A DNA stretch of 64,000 nt from Balanoglossus misakiensis (Eukaryota; Animalia; Hemichordata): NCBI GenBank assembly GCA_040954595.2, contig CM082594.2:10854276-10918275 (forward strand), written 5' to 3'. A program made the position numbers and the translations under genes. Shown in pieces: positions 23,956 through 46,285 of the stretch. The number at the start of each line of letters is the position of its first letter. The stretch's first letter is position 1. The notes below the pieces were generated by a model. The model worked only from the letters and a program-made list of their open reading frames with translations. It did no database searches and was not told the origin of the DNA.

Positions 23956-26900
23956 CGTTTTCCCAAAGAAAATTCAGCAAAAAATTTTGAATTATTTTTA
24001 CACAGAAAAGTTTAGTATTTTTGTACTAAGACCAGCTGTTAATGAAATGACAGAACTGTACACAGTGAAAAGTACTTGAGATGATCTTTATAATAAAAAA
24101 TAGACCTGAGTTTCTAATGGATACTTTTATTTTGATTATTAGACTATCAATGATAGTGTAGAATGTATATATTTTTTCTTTTTGCATTAAAGCTGCTTTT
24201 ATTTTCAAATTTGGGGAAAATATAATCAAAATGAGTGAATGTGTGGATTAAGTGGATTGCCTGTTATCTCCTTGCACTCATTCAGTTCATTACATTTTGA
24301 TTGTTTGAAAAGAAAACCCAAGAATTCTTAGATTTGAACAGTACTTGTGTTGTGACCGTTTCTGTCAAGTATTATTTAGACCACATCTGTATGGTTCATA
24401 ATATGTCTAGGCTAATGATTTCCTAGATGAAGCTGATTTTCTTCCCAATTCTATGAGGGTCTTTATTATCCAGAGAAAGTTATAGTCATCCAGATTTGGT
24501 GTAGACAGTTTTTTTGTTTTATTCAAGGCAATAAGATACACTCATACATAAAGCCAGTAAGTTGTCAGTTTAGGACAAAATTGTCCATTTTGTTGTCATA
24601 TTAAATGAGGGAACTTTGACATTTGGTGGTTTTATATTATTAAATTTTTACAAATTATATAAACTTAATGATTATTTAAATATGTTGGGATATAACCATA
24701 TTATTTTCTCAATTTATGCCTCAATCATGTTATCTTGTCTTTTAATAATTTCTCCTTTCTTTCCTATCAATTCCAATTTGGTATCTCCTTTTAACATTTC
24801 TTTAAAAGTTATGTTGAAACGAGTTAGCACACCAGGATTGAAAATGTAAATGATCACAATCGCCTATGCAAACTGTACTTCCTTGAATATTTTCCCGTTT
24901 TTAATCTGACTTGCACTTTGTGTGTTTTTTTGGGCGGTATAAGAATTAATTCGAGATTTGTACTTCATGCTTTAAACTCATTTCTACTGTACAAGGATTC
25001 ATTATATTCTTACTTCATTTACAAACCAGGCAACTATTTACTCTGTATGGTCAAGTCATTTGCACATAATTTGCATATTACATATAATTTGCATAGTTAA
25101 ACATCTCAAACCAATCTATTTTCTTGTTTAACATTCCATGGGAAATTGAATTTGTCAACTTAGCTTTAATCTACAATATTGTTGTTGATATATTAATTGA
25201 AGTTCTTTCTAAGACAAAAAAAGATTGTACTATTGCTAGGTTCATTTTTGCTGTCAGTAGACACACATTGTATATAAATAAGATTTTGTGAACAGTTAAT
25301 GGACCTTCAAAGTTATATTCATTAATGTTAGTTTTGAAGTGTTAAAATAAACTCAGGTCTTCCACATGTCACTTGTTGGATTCCCTTGTGTTGTGTGAGT
25401 TCGGGTGAAAGCTTTAGTATACAAGCAAAAAATATTTTGCTTTATTTCCTACTCATTCTTTAGCCAGTGTTTGAAAGATCAAGGTATTGAACAATTATTA
25501 GTTATACTAAGCCAAAGTTGATTGATGTTTATTCCCACTGTGAGAACTTATAATCAGCAAAATATTCACAGAAACACAGTCCCCCCACACACATCAGTAC
25601 ATTGTCGAGATCAACATGAAAAACTAATAACATTTCCAGTGCAACAGGTTGTGGACTCACCAGTTCCAGGGTACGAACATCTTCATTTCCAGAGAAAGTC
25701 TTTTTTCTGGTCCCATCCATGGTTGAAGTAGCACCCCAACAAGTTCATTCAGCAGATTGTTTTCCTGGTGATTTCAATTGTGTTCAACGTTCAATTACGA
25801 CAGTTTCATGACCAGTCGTGAACAGGAAAGAAAATGAAACTCCTTCTGGAGTGAGGTGGTGTTGACGTTTTCCAAGTGACAAGAAATGCTTGGCGTATAT
25901 TAGTGTCAATAATAAGAATTTCAGCCATGTTAGCAGAGCATGTAGAGTGACCCCACAACAATGCACCGATCTTGCCAAGCCTTGAATGAAATGAAGCAAG
26001 CATGCTCTCAACACAAGTATGCAAATGTCTCCTCGTTATATCTTTCAACCAATCAGAAATGCATGTAACCACTCATTAGAATACAAAGTTTGTAACAGAT
26101 GTTATGTCCCTGTGTGGCCCGGTCACATATGCAAAAATCACCCTTGGGGTCTTCCACCTTGAATAAAATAAAAACTAGAATAGTTTTTACATATTTTATT
26201 GTTAGCACAGCAGAATACATGTCTGATTAAAAATACATCAGATACCACTTCTTGTTGAATAATATCAGAATATGTATAAAAAATGAACAATCTAGCCTGT
26301 ATTCTAATATGAAAACAGGAATGAACTTAACATGGCTGATTAAAATACCTTTTTGCTTTCAGTGAGCTAATGGTCAAAGTGGCAACAAATAATCAAATAA
26401 AAGATAAATCAATGTGATTTTTCAACTGATAAATGTTCAAGAGACCTGTAATAGTCATCGCATTCAAGAAAAATACTGAAAAGTTACCAAATCAAAGTAG
26501 GCATGAGCCATGTTTGCATAACCTGCTATATCTACACAGAGAGTGATGACATCATCACTTTGTGACATTCTTAAGACCTTCAAGCTCAATGCCATGGTTG
26601 CAATATAAATGTACACTTACTAAAATTTCTAGTATAAAATTTCGAATATTGGTTGACACAGAAACTTGAGATCTTTGTATCTGTATAAAATATGTTAGTT
26701 TTTCTCAAACTTGATTATAAAAACATGCATAAAAAGTTGAAAATTCTGGTTAATATAGCTTGACGATTTTTTGTAGAAAAATCTTTCTAACTGCATAGAT
26801 TTCTGCATAAAATATGTAAATGGTATGCAAGCATTTATACAACTATCAGTTTCCATTCCATTTTGACATAATTCGGTTTATTTCACTTTCAGATGTGAAT

Positions 26901-27346
26901 TTTGCAAGTATTGACTCCCCATAATAACATGAAAAGTAGTTTCGTGTCAGCCAGAATACTGGTAACTACGAAGTTATTGCTTGCAGTAAATTTTGGCAGT
27001 AAATATACAAATATATTAATAATACAACTCACAACTACAGGTATCATGGTACACCTACAATAATGACATAGTTTGCTATATTTCACATATTATAACTACC
27101 ACTGGCATTTCAAAAGATATTAATTTCACTTTTCGTCCAAAAATATGATAAAACTTACCATGGAAGGCAGAACCATTTACTGGCAATACTGTCGACATGC
27201 AAAATATATTTTTCATACAAGCTTGCTTGGAAGACTCCTGTTTGGTCACAACTTTTTCCTGTAAATACATGTACCACTCAAAAAGAACAACTCTTGAATT
27301 ATTGGATAACTATACACTTGTTTACCCCAGCTGCTTCAAACTTGGA

Positions 27347-35919
<8,573 letters not shown>

Positions 35920-35995
35920 CCTGGATCCAGTGTTGACGTTTGACTGCGGGGGAAAATTGGACGAAATTACAATCAGTGAGATTATTGAATGACGC

Positions 35996-36215
35996 AAATA
36001 CTGTAATCAACAATACAAATACAATTCAAAAGTAATAAACTTTGCAAATACGTTCCAAATACTGTATTCAACAATACAATTACAGTTCAAATACATTTGT
36101 ATTGTGTTTAACTGTGCAAATACATTTCAAGTACCGTTTTCAACAGTACAAATATGACTTACAAATATAGCTTTTAACTGTTCAAACACACTCCAATTAC
36201 TATATTCTATCAATT
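35996..36215 (+). repeat. Degenerate tandem repeat, about 3-4 copies of a ~60-70 nt unit
   Basis: Recurring CAAATACTGT(A/T)..CAACAATACAA.TACA.TTCAAA core just upstream of the FER acceptor. Confidence 0.7.
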
Positions 36216-39200
36216 TCTACTGTTGTTCTAAGTATGAGAGTAATTTCTGAAAGTTTGTTGTTCAAGATGTAGCACCCATTCTTGGAAAGCAGACGTACTT
36301 GAGGTCAAAAGTCAAGGTCACCCACAAAGGTCAAGTACATGTACATAGCCATGGCAATAAATGATCAAATCAACATGGAAAGTCTGATGTGAACATGTGA
36401 ATCTTTTGTTTGACAGCTATATTACTGTAGTTCAAGTCGTATTTCAATATGGCTGCCACCAACATGGTTCTTTGGCAACTCCCACCGTTAGAAAAAACGA
36501 CCTGTTTCCTTGTTTGCTCTACTTTCACTCTGGCTGTAATGAAAAAGTCCCACGTAGAGCATAATACACTGTCTTATTGCATTTCCCACTATTCAAGGCT
36601 ACTCACCAATCAGTGCTTGAACTCACCCAGATGGTCAGGAAAAACACTACTAGGTCTAAATTTCCAACAGAGACAAGGAAACAATGATATTCAGAGTCTG
36701 CCTATGGGACTGTTAACCAGTGAACATCTTGATAATATAAAGGTCAAAAAGTCAAAGCACGCCACCCCTCTACAGGTATAACCATACCACATCCCAGGGG
36801 TCAACCAGTCACCGGTAAAACAATCTGACCTCGGAGATTTGCAAAAACGTTACGAGGAAGGAAACTGGGGCCAAAGAGAAGTTTTTATATATAGCTGCCT
36901 GACAAACCAATTAATGAGTGATCTATCCTGGCAATCTTTAATTAAAATTTTAACCAGTCAGGGAGACAAACAATACCAAAAGTAAAATGTAACACCAATT
37001 TATACATAGCATTGAATAATTATTTAAAGGGGGCTTGAATCCTGGCAAAAAAATATTCTTCAAATCAAAATATTCTAGCTCTAAAATTTCAACAGAAATA
37101 GTTTTCTGGTTTGTCCATAACTATTAATATCTTTTTCAGGACTCTTGTATTCCCTAGTAACGTGTAAGGCAGACATCGCTCCATTAATTTTATTAAAGTT
37201 GTAGTTCACTTCCTCATACATTCTTTGTTATTTTTAGTTCCTGCCAAAATATTCAGAATGTCTGAGTGGACCATAAGTGTCAATTATCAGTTTGTGATAC
37301 TCAGTAACAATTCAGTATTTCCACTTCAGTTAAAGCTGTTGAAAAACCCTGTCATTTTATTGTTATTTCCACATCAACGCCTTACGGTATCTCGCAGAAA
37401 GCAAAATAACGTTTAGATGTTTTGAAGTACGAATTACCTCAGCTCAGTGCCGCAAGTTTATATACCTAATAAATCAGTATGAAAACACTGAATTTTACAG
37501 CAGTGCACGGTACAAAAACCAGGAAAAGATCCAGGGTCTGCCAGCATACAATTGTAGCCATGGAGTTAGAATTTAGCAACATTTCATACAAACCTACCTT
37601 CACTTCAGTAATTTCCTCAGAGCAGAAACGTTACGGTTTTGTTAGAAAACTGCTTGATGGAAAACTAAAACCATTCGATGAAACTTAACTGATCGTCTTT
37701 CACACTGACATCCGCAGCAGGCACTGAGTACGGGAAATTACGAAGGCGAATTATTCAACTCTGCTCAGTTCATTTCTTCAGTCTCATTCATCTTCATGCA
37801 AAGCCCCACATTTCATTAAAACGCGGAAACAAATTTTCACTCAGTCATTTATCATACCTTGTCACAAGCATTCTGGTGAGCGCTGATTATACACAGCATA
37901 TCATAGAGTAAAATTAATATCTGGAACTTGTCCAAACACCTGTCAATTTCTCATTTGTGGTTTTTTGTCACATTTTTATCAAATTCACTAAGTACTACTT
38001 TGTGAATTTTTCTCACACTTAATTGGTATTGCACTGGTATATTAACAGAACATAAAGACATCAAACACTTTGATTAAACTAATATTTGAATATGCTCAAC
38101 AGAAAATTGTAAATATCAAGCATAATGACTTAGCAATTCAGATTTCTGGCTGTGTTAGTTCACAGCGAAAAAATCACAAACTATATGTATATTTTCCAGT
38201 TACTGACTGTAACACACACTTATTTGTATCGATCTCCTACACCGAGCTCTCAGCTCTTTCTTTATACAGTTAGGCTCTCATCGTACAGCAACTCACTTAC
38301 AAAAGATACACCTGGATAGAGGAAGAAAGGTCGGCATGGTTTCTCACAGACTCTTAATCACCACAAGGAGAGTTTTCATTCAATTACAGAACTCTGCATC
38401 ATTCATGCATGATGGCTGCAAGGCAGACACTCTTCACTATTGTTAGAGCAGACTCCATTTTTAATCTTACTGAAAGCATTTTTGTTACGTCAACATATCA
38501 GACAAATGGTTTCAACTTACATATGACTCTCGGATGAAAGGTCAGGTAACCATGCAAATGGCCGATTCGATAAATTTCAGATTTCATTTGCATGTTCCTA
38601 ATAGTTTCCTCCACTGGTGCGGCCCTTAAACAATAATTAATGCCTTAATTTTTTTCGTTATCTATTTAAACATTCTTGATATTCAACATTTCTCATTTCT
38701 TTGAAACTTTAATACAAGAATGAAATCCTTTCTTGTGAAGTACAAATTTTAATGATAGGTCGCTTAGGGTCATGACCTCTGACCCCAGCTGTAGTTTTAC
38801 TGTCTTCTATTGAATTTTAACACGATCGAGTGTGGAAATCACATCAGACATGGAACCATAAACATCGTAAATAACTTGATCCTGTTTGGTGACGAAGAAA
38901 TTTGGACTTCAGTGCACGTAGCTTTCATTTTATGACACATGAATGTCAGCGGGACAGTACATTAGGTAACAATGCTTGTAAGTGGACAATTGAACTAAGG
39001 GTGGCCAAGATGGACCTATCAGTGGCCGTGTCCCATTCAGCAACAAGGTTGACCAACCAAGAAAGGCTGTGTGGACAGGGAGTTCCCAGAAGGAAGTTAA
39101 GCAAACAGGATAATAATTTCCTGGAAGTGGTGATGATATTTCCCAAGTTGGGAATTTCCCCTCACTTCAAAGTCAAGTAGTGGGTGAAATTACAACTTGC

Positions 39201-40170
39201 ACTTTAAAAATGAAAACATTTGAAACAAAAGAGTAGTTTATATATCAATAAAAGCTTCCTCTCTCTTATTTTGGTACAAGGTCCTTCATCCTGTATAGCT
39301 GTAAAGAATGGCGTCACACAAAAGAAGCCCTACACTTCTATCCCCATTGGTTGGATTGCAACTGTCTCCTAAATTCAAATTAAGAAATTATTAAACAGAT
39401 TTGGATACCACCTGTTTGTTTCCTCCATGACCTGAAGTGTTGCTGTTAGGAAACTTTCTAATTCACACCTTTACATTGTGTGTTGATTGTGATTTGGGAG
39501 TGCAAGATTTGTTCTCATGGTTACAGCATTCATGTGTTTCACACCTGCTTGAGTGGTGAGTTGACAGAAGAAAGTAACCAATCAGAAGCTCTGATTGTTT
39601 TTAAGTGCCAGGGAAAGTCTATTTGCAGCAGGGTGAACACAAGAATTGACCAATCAGAAGCAGTTGTAAGATTTATCAAGTAAGAAGTATCAAGCAGCTA
39701 ACTTTCAGTCATAACTAAATGCACTGTCCTTCTCCACTGATGCAGAAAAATACACACTGCCATAATCATGTTGGACAACTCCACTGACACTGGTTTACGT
39801 TTCATATCTGCGTCAACTTCCTTTTTAATTTCGATTATATATAGTTCGCTGTGACGCAGATGTACCAAACGCCCTAGTAGTATTATCAATACCAAGTAAC
39901 ACAGGCTATGCTACCATCAAATACATTTCACACTATACTGTCATGAAATAAACGACAGACAAAATGAAAATAGCGAAATGGACCTCGGAAATTTCATTCC
40001 CCACTTTCGCTGACCCGGGGTCCTACCCCTTCCCGATCGGCGATCACAAACACAACACACAAATTCACACAACACTCAAAAGCAGGCGGGGTAGGGTACG
40101 TTTGTAAAAGTAATGTACTTGAAATCACACACACACACACACACAATCGGAACGAAAAAACAATGCCAAC

Positions 40171-40416
40171 CGTGTTTGAAAGCCTCGAAAAACTATCGTT
40201 CAGATCACTCAGCAACGTGGAGCCTCCCGTCGAGCCCTGGACATTCACACTTTCCTCCGAGTCCGACGGCGTCATGGCCATGGACGGGGCTGTCTGTTTC
40301 GGCTTCACCCCCGGCTTCGGTTTCACTGCGGGTCGATCATTTTTCAGAGGTCCCCCGAACGCGATTTTCCGCGGACCCTGTGACATCCCCGGCAGACTGA
40401 CATGACCGCCGGACAT
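40171..40416 (-). CDS. FER: Candidate upstream coding exon of FER giving a ~90-aa N-terminal extension
   Basis: ATG at 40416, 82 GC-rich codons (MSGGHVSLPG...RPAVKPKPGVKPKQ...SRLSNT), phase-0 donor ACG|GTTGGC; the acceptor ttttcccccgcag| at 35943 is phase 0 and in frame (SNVNTGSR) with the MGFG ATG at 35919. Confidence 0.6.
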
Positions 40417-40419
40417 CTT

Positions 40420-40930
40420 AACGCGTCACCGTTAGGCTTTGATCGTTGATATCGTCCTCGATAATTTCACACAGCGTGGTGAACTTCAACTAGGAAATAC
40501 CAACGCTAACACTTCGCTTGGGGTATGGTTGGGGTTTGGATATGTAAATTACATAGAGAAGTAATCAAACTGTCTGTCACGTCGTTGTCTATGGCAGTGC
40601 CATTGATTTCTTTTGTTACGCAAATCATATACCCAGTGTTTATGATCAATGTGTGAAACAGAACTTACCCTGCAAGCCCAGTGGATACCACGAATGCTTT
40701 GGGTGTGTATGTACTTGGAAAGAGGCGTCGGCAGTGAACTAACTTCTCTATAAACACTACCAATCAGTGTTACATAAAAACAGAGATGTTTTCTGCGATT
40801 AAAAACTTTTCTTCCTTGTCCTGCTTCCGCCTTAAATAATGTGTTAAACGTCATCAACTTTTGCCAACACAAAACGATGACGAGAACAACGTACTCATGT
40901 ACCCCTGCTGCAGGTCAGGTAAGGATGTAC
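40420..40930. promoter_or_regulatory. Putative bidirectional promoter region of FER and FBXL17
   Basis: FER upstream ATG at 40416 (-); plus-strand donors CAG|GTCAG|GTAAGG near 40913-40918 and acceptor ttgcag| at 41376 define an FBXL17 non-coding first exon. Confidence 0.5.
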
Positions 40931-41443
40931 GCTTCCTCCTTCGTGTTTATGTCTTTGACTTTGAATATAATGTCGTAAATATGGTGTTTAGTCGATTGCA
41001 CCAATAAACACAGTCATTCTAAAACGTAGCAGTTTAGCGGAACATTACCGAATCGCATTGATTTCATTTTAATGCTGCATGCAACTTGCAAGGATTAGAG
41101 TGGTACGTATTTTGTTTACAAACATTGAAACAAGCAAATAATGTCATCACCAGTAGTGTTATAATCATCACTTAATCAAAGGGGGATAACCATGACTGTC
41201 CAGCCTCTGGATTATCCCTCACTAAAACAAAATGTTATGAGAAAAGTCACAAGACAACCATTATTGGTTTATAATTTCATGATGATAGAAGAAACAGAAG
41301 TTGGTAACTTTCAACATGTATATTTACATCCCAAGTGCCATTGTAGCTTGATATTCTTAACATTTTTTCTTTGCAGATTGTCTGTGCACAGAAAGAGCCT
41401 AGATAAAGTCACTAAACAGTGCTGTTAATGAAAACAGCTCGCC

Positions 41444-44400
41444 ATGGAATCACAAATTTCTGAAAGTTCAAAGTTCAGTGAGAATAGGTCACTTGGACAA
41501 GAAGGGAGTTGTCAAGCAAAACAGTGTGTTAAGTGTACCAAGGATGATAGCGACAGTGTTCAGAACAATCGTGTTACAACATCGGATACAGCAGACACTA
41601 TATTCCCATCAGAATCGAACATCATTATGAGTAGTAATCAGGACAGATTGGTTGGAAATATCACTGGCAGCAGTGTGGACTTTGAGACTAGAAGTTGGCA
41701 GAATGCACCCCAGATAAGCATGACACAGCAAAATTCAGGACTTGGCGTAGCCAGCTCATGTTGGACTGATTTCCCCGACGAAGGCGATGGAAACTCTAGT
41801 CATGATAGAGGATCATGCAAGCGCAAATCAAGTCCATCTGACAGTGACTGCAACCGTGCCGTGCCAACTGAAATCAGCCAGAACGCACACAGCGAGGTGT
41901 CAAGCGAACAGTCAGGCTCCAGAAATGATCTCAGAGAACCAGAGTCCGATTTCCAGGAATACAATACAGCACCTTCCAAAAGACCACGTCTGGAGAGATC
42001 ACAGAGTGACACTCACAGCAGCTCTGACAATCTTGAGCTACAGGAATACCACATAAATAATCTTCCCCGATTTCTGCTGATACACATCATGTCCTACTTC
42101 CCCATGCCGACCCTGTTGACCAAGGTCTGTCTCGTTTCCAAAGACTGGTACGAACTCTGTCAGGATCCAAGCCTCTGGCGTAGACTGAACTTGGATGAAT
42201 ACAAACAAGTCACTGATGAGATACTGATCAAGTTGACCAAACTTAGTGATAATGTCCGGTCTGTGAGTCTGGCTGACTGCACCAACTTGACTGATGATGG
42301 AATAGTTGCCATGGCAAAGCAGTGCCCCACCCTTACCGAGTTTAAGTCAATGAGGTATGGCTGTACTCTGTGTTTGCTGTGAATCTTTGATTATATTTGC
42401 CAGGATTTGTTAAACAAGCTTATTTTGATCACATGCTTTTTCTTTCTGTGTGCATTTCAGATGTCCACAGCTCACCCGGAAAAGTTTCTGTGCAGTGGCT
42501 GAATGTTGTCCAAAGTTGCAGATGCTCAATGTGTCAGGGTGTAGGGAGTTTAATGATGAGAGTCTGAAGAAGGTGAGTTGTCCATGAAAATGTGTGACAC
42601 ACAGCTTCTGAATCATCAAACTATTTGAGTGTACTGAAATGAGTGTAATGTTTATTGTATGACCAGGTAGCTGCTGGCTGTCCGAAATTAACCCATGTCA
42701 GAATCAGTGCTTGTCCCAAAGTCAGCGATGAAGGTCTGAAGGAGTTGGCAAGATGTGCTCCAAATCTGTGGGTTCTTACTTGCCAGGAGGATTTCAAGGT
42801 GAGTGAATACTGTTGTGTGATCGCATGACTGTTCAAAGCCAAATGTTACTGGACAAGTTATTTTGGAATAATTCAAATTGAATGATCACTTCAGTACAGG
42901 CATACAGTGACACGTATCAACAAGTTTGATCCTTATCACTATAATAAATTACAAAAAGAAACCTGTATCTGGAAGACAATGAAATGGTTATACATGTAGA
43001 AATATGATTTTATTGCTATGTTTGTTCCAAACAGATCACTGATGCCTCTATACCGGGAGCGGTGGCAAGTTTCAAACAGTTGCAGATATTGTGCCTTCAC
43101 GCGACACGTGTTGGAGACAAAGGAATCTGGGAAATATCAAAGGTTTGTAAAATAGGGTGTATACCTAGAGTGAGTCCAAAGGTTAACCTATGGCATGACA
43201 GCTGTGAAAGGTCAACATTTGGTACTTTGGTCAACTCTTAACAGCTAGGTACATTGATGTTATATATGTTAATGACAATACATGAAAATATGAGACAAGT
43301 CTCTCCTTTTCCTTTTCCAGCTGAAATATCTGAAGAGTATAGACATGACTGACCTGTCTACTGTTTCTAATGCGGCCATCAGAAATCTCGTGCAAAAGTG
43401 TACAATATTGATAACACTGAACCTGTGTCTCTGCACCCAAGTTTCTGATGAAACCATCGCTTACATCGCCAGATATGCCAAGAATCTGAGGAACCTGTAC
43501 CTGGTCTCTTGCAAAGTCACCGATGAAGGTAATAAACCTTGCTTTCTTTCACTGGAAATTTCAAATTTCAAGTTAATTTGGTGAGTGGTTGCAAACTGGC
43601 TGGCACGAATGTCAGACCACAAACATACGAGAACTGTTGGCAATTCTAAAGTGGTGAATTCTGAATTCATTGCAGCGTTAATCAGCGTAGGAAAGTACAG
43701 CAAGAGTATTGTGCACATGGATGTTGGATGGTGTCGGGCCGTGTCTGACAAGGGTGCCATCAGCATCTCTGAGGACTGCCAGCAGCTGACGTACCTGGGT
43801 CTGACGCGGTGCGACCAAGTGCGCCACGAGACTGTGCTGGATCTGGTGAAGAAGTACCCAAGCATCCACTACAGCACGTCCCAACTGGACAGCGAGAGGG
43901 TGATCGAGAAAGCCAGGAAGAGCGGATTCAACTTCAAGGATGATGGCGCTGGCGAGGGCACTGATGGGAGTAGCGAGGCTAGTAGCAGTGTTTCGACTCC
44001 GAGGAGGGCGTCTACGTCAACGGGCAGGAACGTCAGTTGCAACACCACCATAGTCATGGCCAGGAACCCACCACCGCAGCGCACGCCCATGCGGAACAGG
44101 CACAGTGGCAGTAGTACCACCAGCGGTAGAGCTGGTACCACCAGCAGTGTAGAGGTGGCCACCAGCAGTAGCTGGGGTACTAGCAACAGTGGTACCACCA
44201 CCAGCAGTAGAGGTGGTATCACCAGCAACATTGGACCTAGCAGTAGTAGTGGTGGTACCACCAGCACTAGCAGGGGCACCGACAACAGTGGTACAACCAG
44301 CAGTTACAACAGCAGTATTACTAGCAGCTCAGACCACCACAGCGTTGGTAGCAGCAATGATTTTGGCAGCGACAGCGTCAATATGACCAGCAGAAATGTG

Positions 44401-44532
44401 ACTGGCAGCAATGGCCAGTTGAATATCATCAACAGCAATGGCGACAGCACCCAAGACAATACCAGCAGCAGTCCAGGCACACTGTCCAAATCCTTGACGC
44501 AGACGTCCCCAGGAGAGCATCATCAGCTGTAA
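41444..44532 (+). CDS. FBXL17: F-box/LRR protein 17, 6 coding exons, ~775 aa
   Basis: Exons 41444-42354, 42461-42572, 42667-42798, 43035-43142, 43321-43528, 43676-44532. Disordered N-terminus, F-box (INNLPRFLLIHIMSY...VCLVSKDWYELCQDPSLW), Cys-containing LRRs, and ALISVGKYSKSIVHMDVGWC...YLGLTRCDQVRHETVLDLVKKYPSIHYST closely resembling the FBXL17 C-terminus. Confidence 0.9.
44100..44350 (+). repeat. Coding low-complexity tandem repeat (GGTACCACCAGCAGT-like units) encoding a Ser/Thr/Gly tail
   Basis: Repeated ggtaccaccagcagt / accagcagtag units in the last FBXL17 exon. Confidence 0.8.
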
Positions 44533-46285
44533 CACAAATCTGGTCTTCAAAAACAGAAAGTAGCAAAAATGGCGACAAGAGACATTAGCTGTCTGATAGG
44601 ATCATGTCTCTCAACACCCGACTAGTATTTAAACTTGTATCTCAAATATTACACTGGTTTGGAATAGATTATATTATGCAGATCACTTTTGTATGTTACC
44701 AACTGTATATACAGAGTATAAAGTTCTGGTAACTTTATATAGTAATTTCATAAATTGATGTTTTTTGTTGTTGAATTGTCATATAGACATGCAGTGTTGA
44801 ATTTTCGTGAAGACATAAAGTGTGCAATAATCATTGTTACTTTGAGGGGTGGGGGAGGGGCTGGTGTTGATTGTGGGGGTAACTTGTTCCTCCCCATGCT
44901 TGGAATTGATCAGTGAGAATGGTTTGTCACTGGTTCTTCATTGTCCAGAGAACTGTGCAGGGAAACCTCGATAGGTTTGGCAACCTGCAACTGATAAAGT
45001 TTGATGAGAGTCTGTGTATACAGTATAGTTACCCCAACAGGAAGTATACACTGTAATAAAAAGGAAAGTCTCAACAGACCCTGGTTATATGTTGTACACA
45101 TTTCTATTTATGGAATTATAAATAATGGACTGAAATGTTATGTACCACGAGAGAAACTATGAAACGTTTTCAGATACTTGTGCCAATAAAGTTCAATTTT
45201 ATGCTCAAACATTGGATCTTTAGTGAAGTTCTTTCAATGGACAGGAGAGAAATTGTATACAGTGTGTCACACGATTTTGTTTCAGTACGTCTTCCATTGT
45301 TTGAAACTATCCTGATAACTTGGTTACAAAGCAAAGACACATGACATGAGGTTTGAAACCATAATACAATTTACTTAAATAATGCAACAGTGGTTCAAAG
45401 TCTACGGCACAATTTTTCAAATGTGTTCAGAAATATAGTTTTACAGTGATCGGAAAATACATAAAATCACTGGCTGGATGCTCAAAAAACTTCAGTTTAA
45501 ATATGTATAAAGTAACAGTTTGGTCAAAAAACAAAATTACAAAACTTGGTTACTTTAACGCAAGTCAAAACTCCAGTGGTCAACTGCATTTAACAGAGAC
45601 CACTTCAACTTGAAAGGTGTTCTGAGAAAGCTCAACACAAAAAAGTAACAACACATGCATGTCATTTATACAAAGATACAGGAAGACGAAGACCAGGTCA
45701 GGTCGTAATGTTTACCTTTACCTACATTGTACTAACTTCTGTTTCTTTCTGCTCTCCATCACGGACAACACCCTCAAGCTACAAATTTCAGTCGCCTTCA
45801 TAACAGAATCCCAGAATGAAACTCTCCTCTTGCATGTGGATGCAAAATTATGATATCTGAAAATTTGAATCCTTCTGTGAGTAATAACATGGTTTGGAGA
45901 CAAGTATTAAATGCTATATTAATACAATACAGTGAGTTTGCAAAATGCTGTAAATTGCAAAAATGTGACATGACATACCAATGGAAAAGTCTATGTCTTC
46001 AGTCAACAAAAATAGCTATCTCAATAGTCTTAATAATCACTTTGAACTGACAGATAACCGTATCATACTGCACAGATCAAGAAGTAATTTACATGCTTTT
46101 AAGTATCACTTTCACCTCCATGTGTCTCCTTTTGGTTGTAGATCAATTTTTCGCTGTGAAACGTACATGTAATAACACCGCACGAGTAAAGAGACATGTG
46201 TTACATCCTTGGTATGGCCAGCAAGAAACCCTGCTGCTCTGGAAGCATCATCAAAACCTCTGTGCGTTGCGATGATGTTGTCTGT

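Noticed and set aside
43869-44285. Hydrophobic minus-strand ORF (LLLVVVP repeats) resembling a membrane protein
   Set aside because: Antisense shadow of the Ser/Thr/Gly repeat in the FBXL17 last exon.
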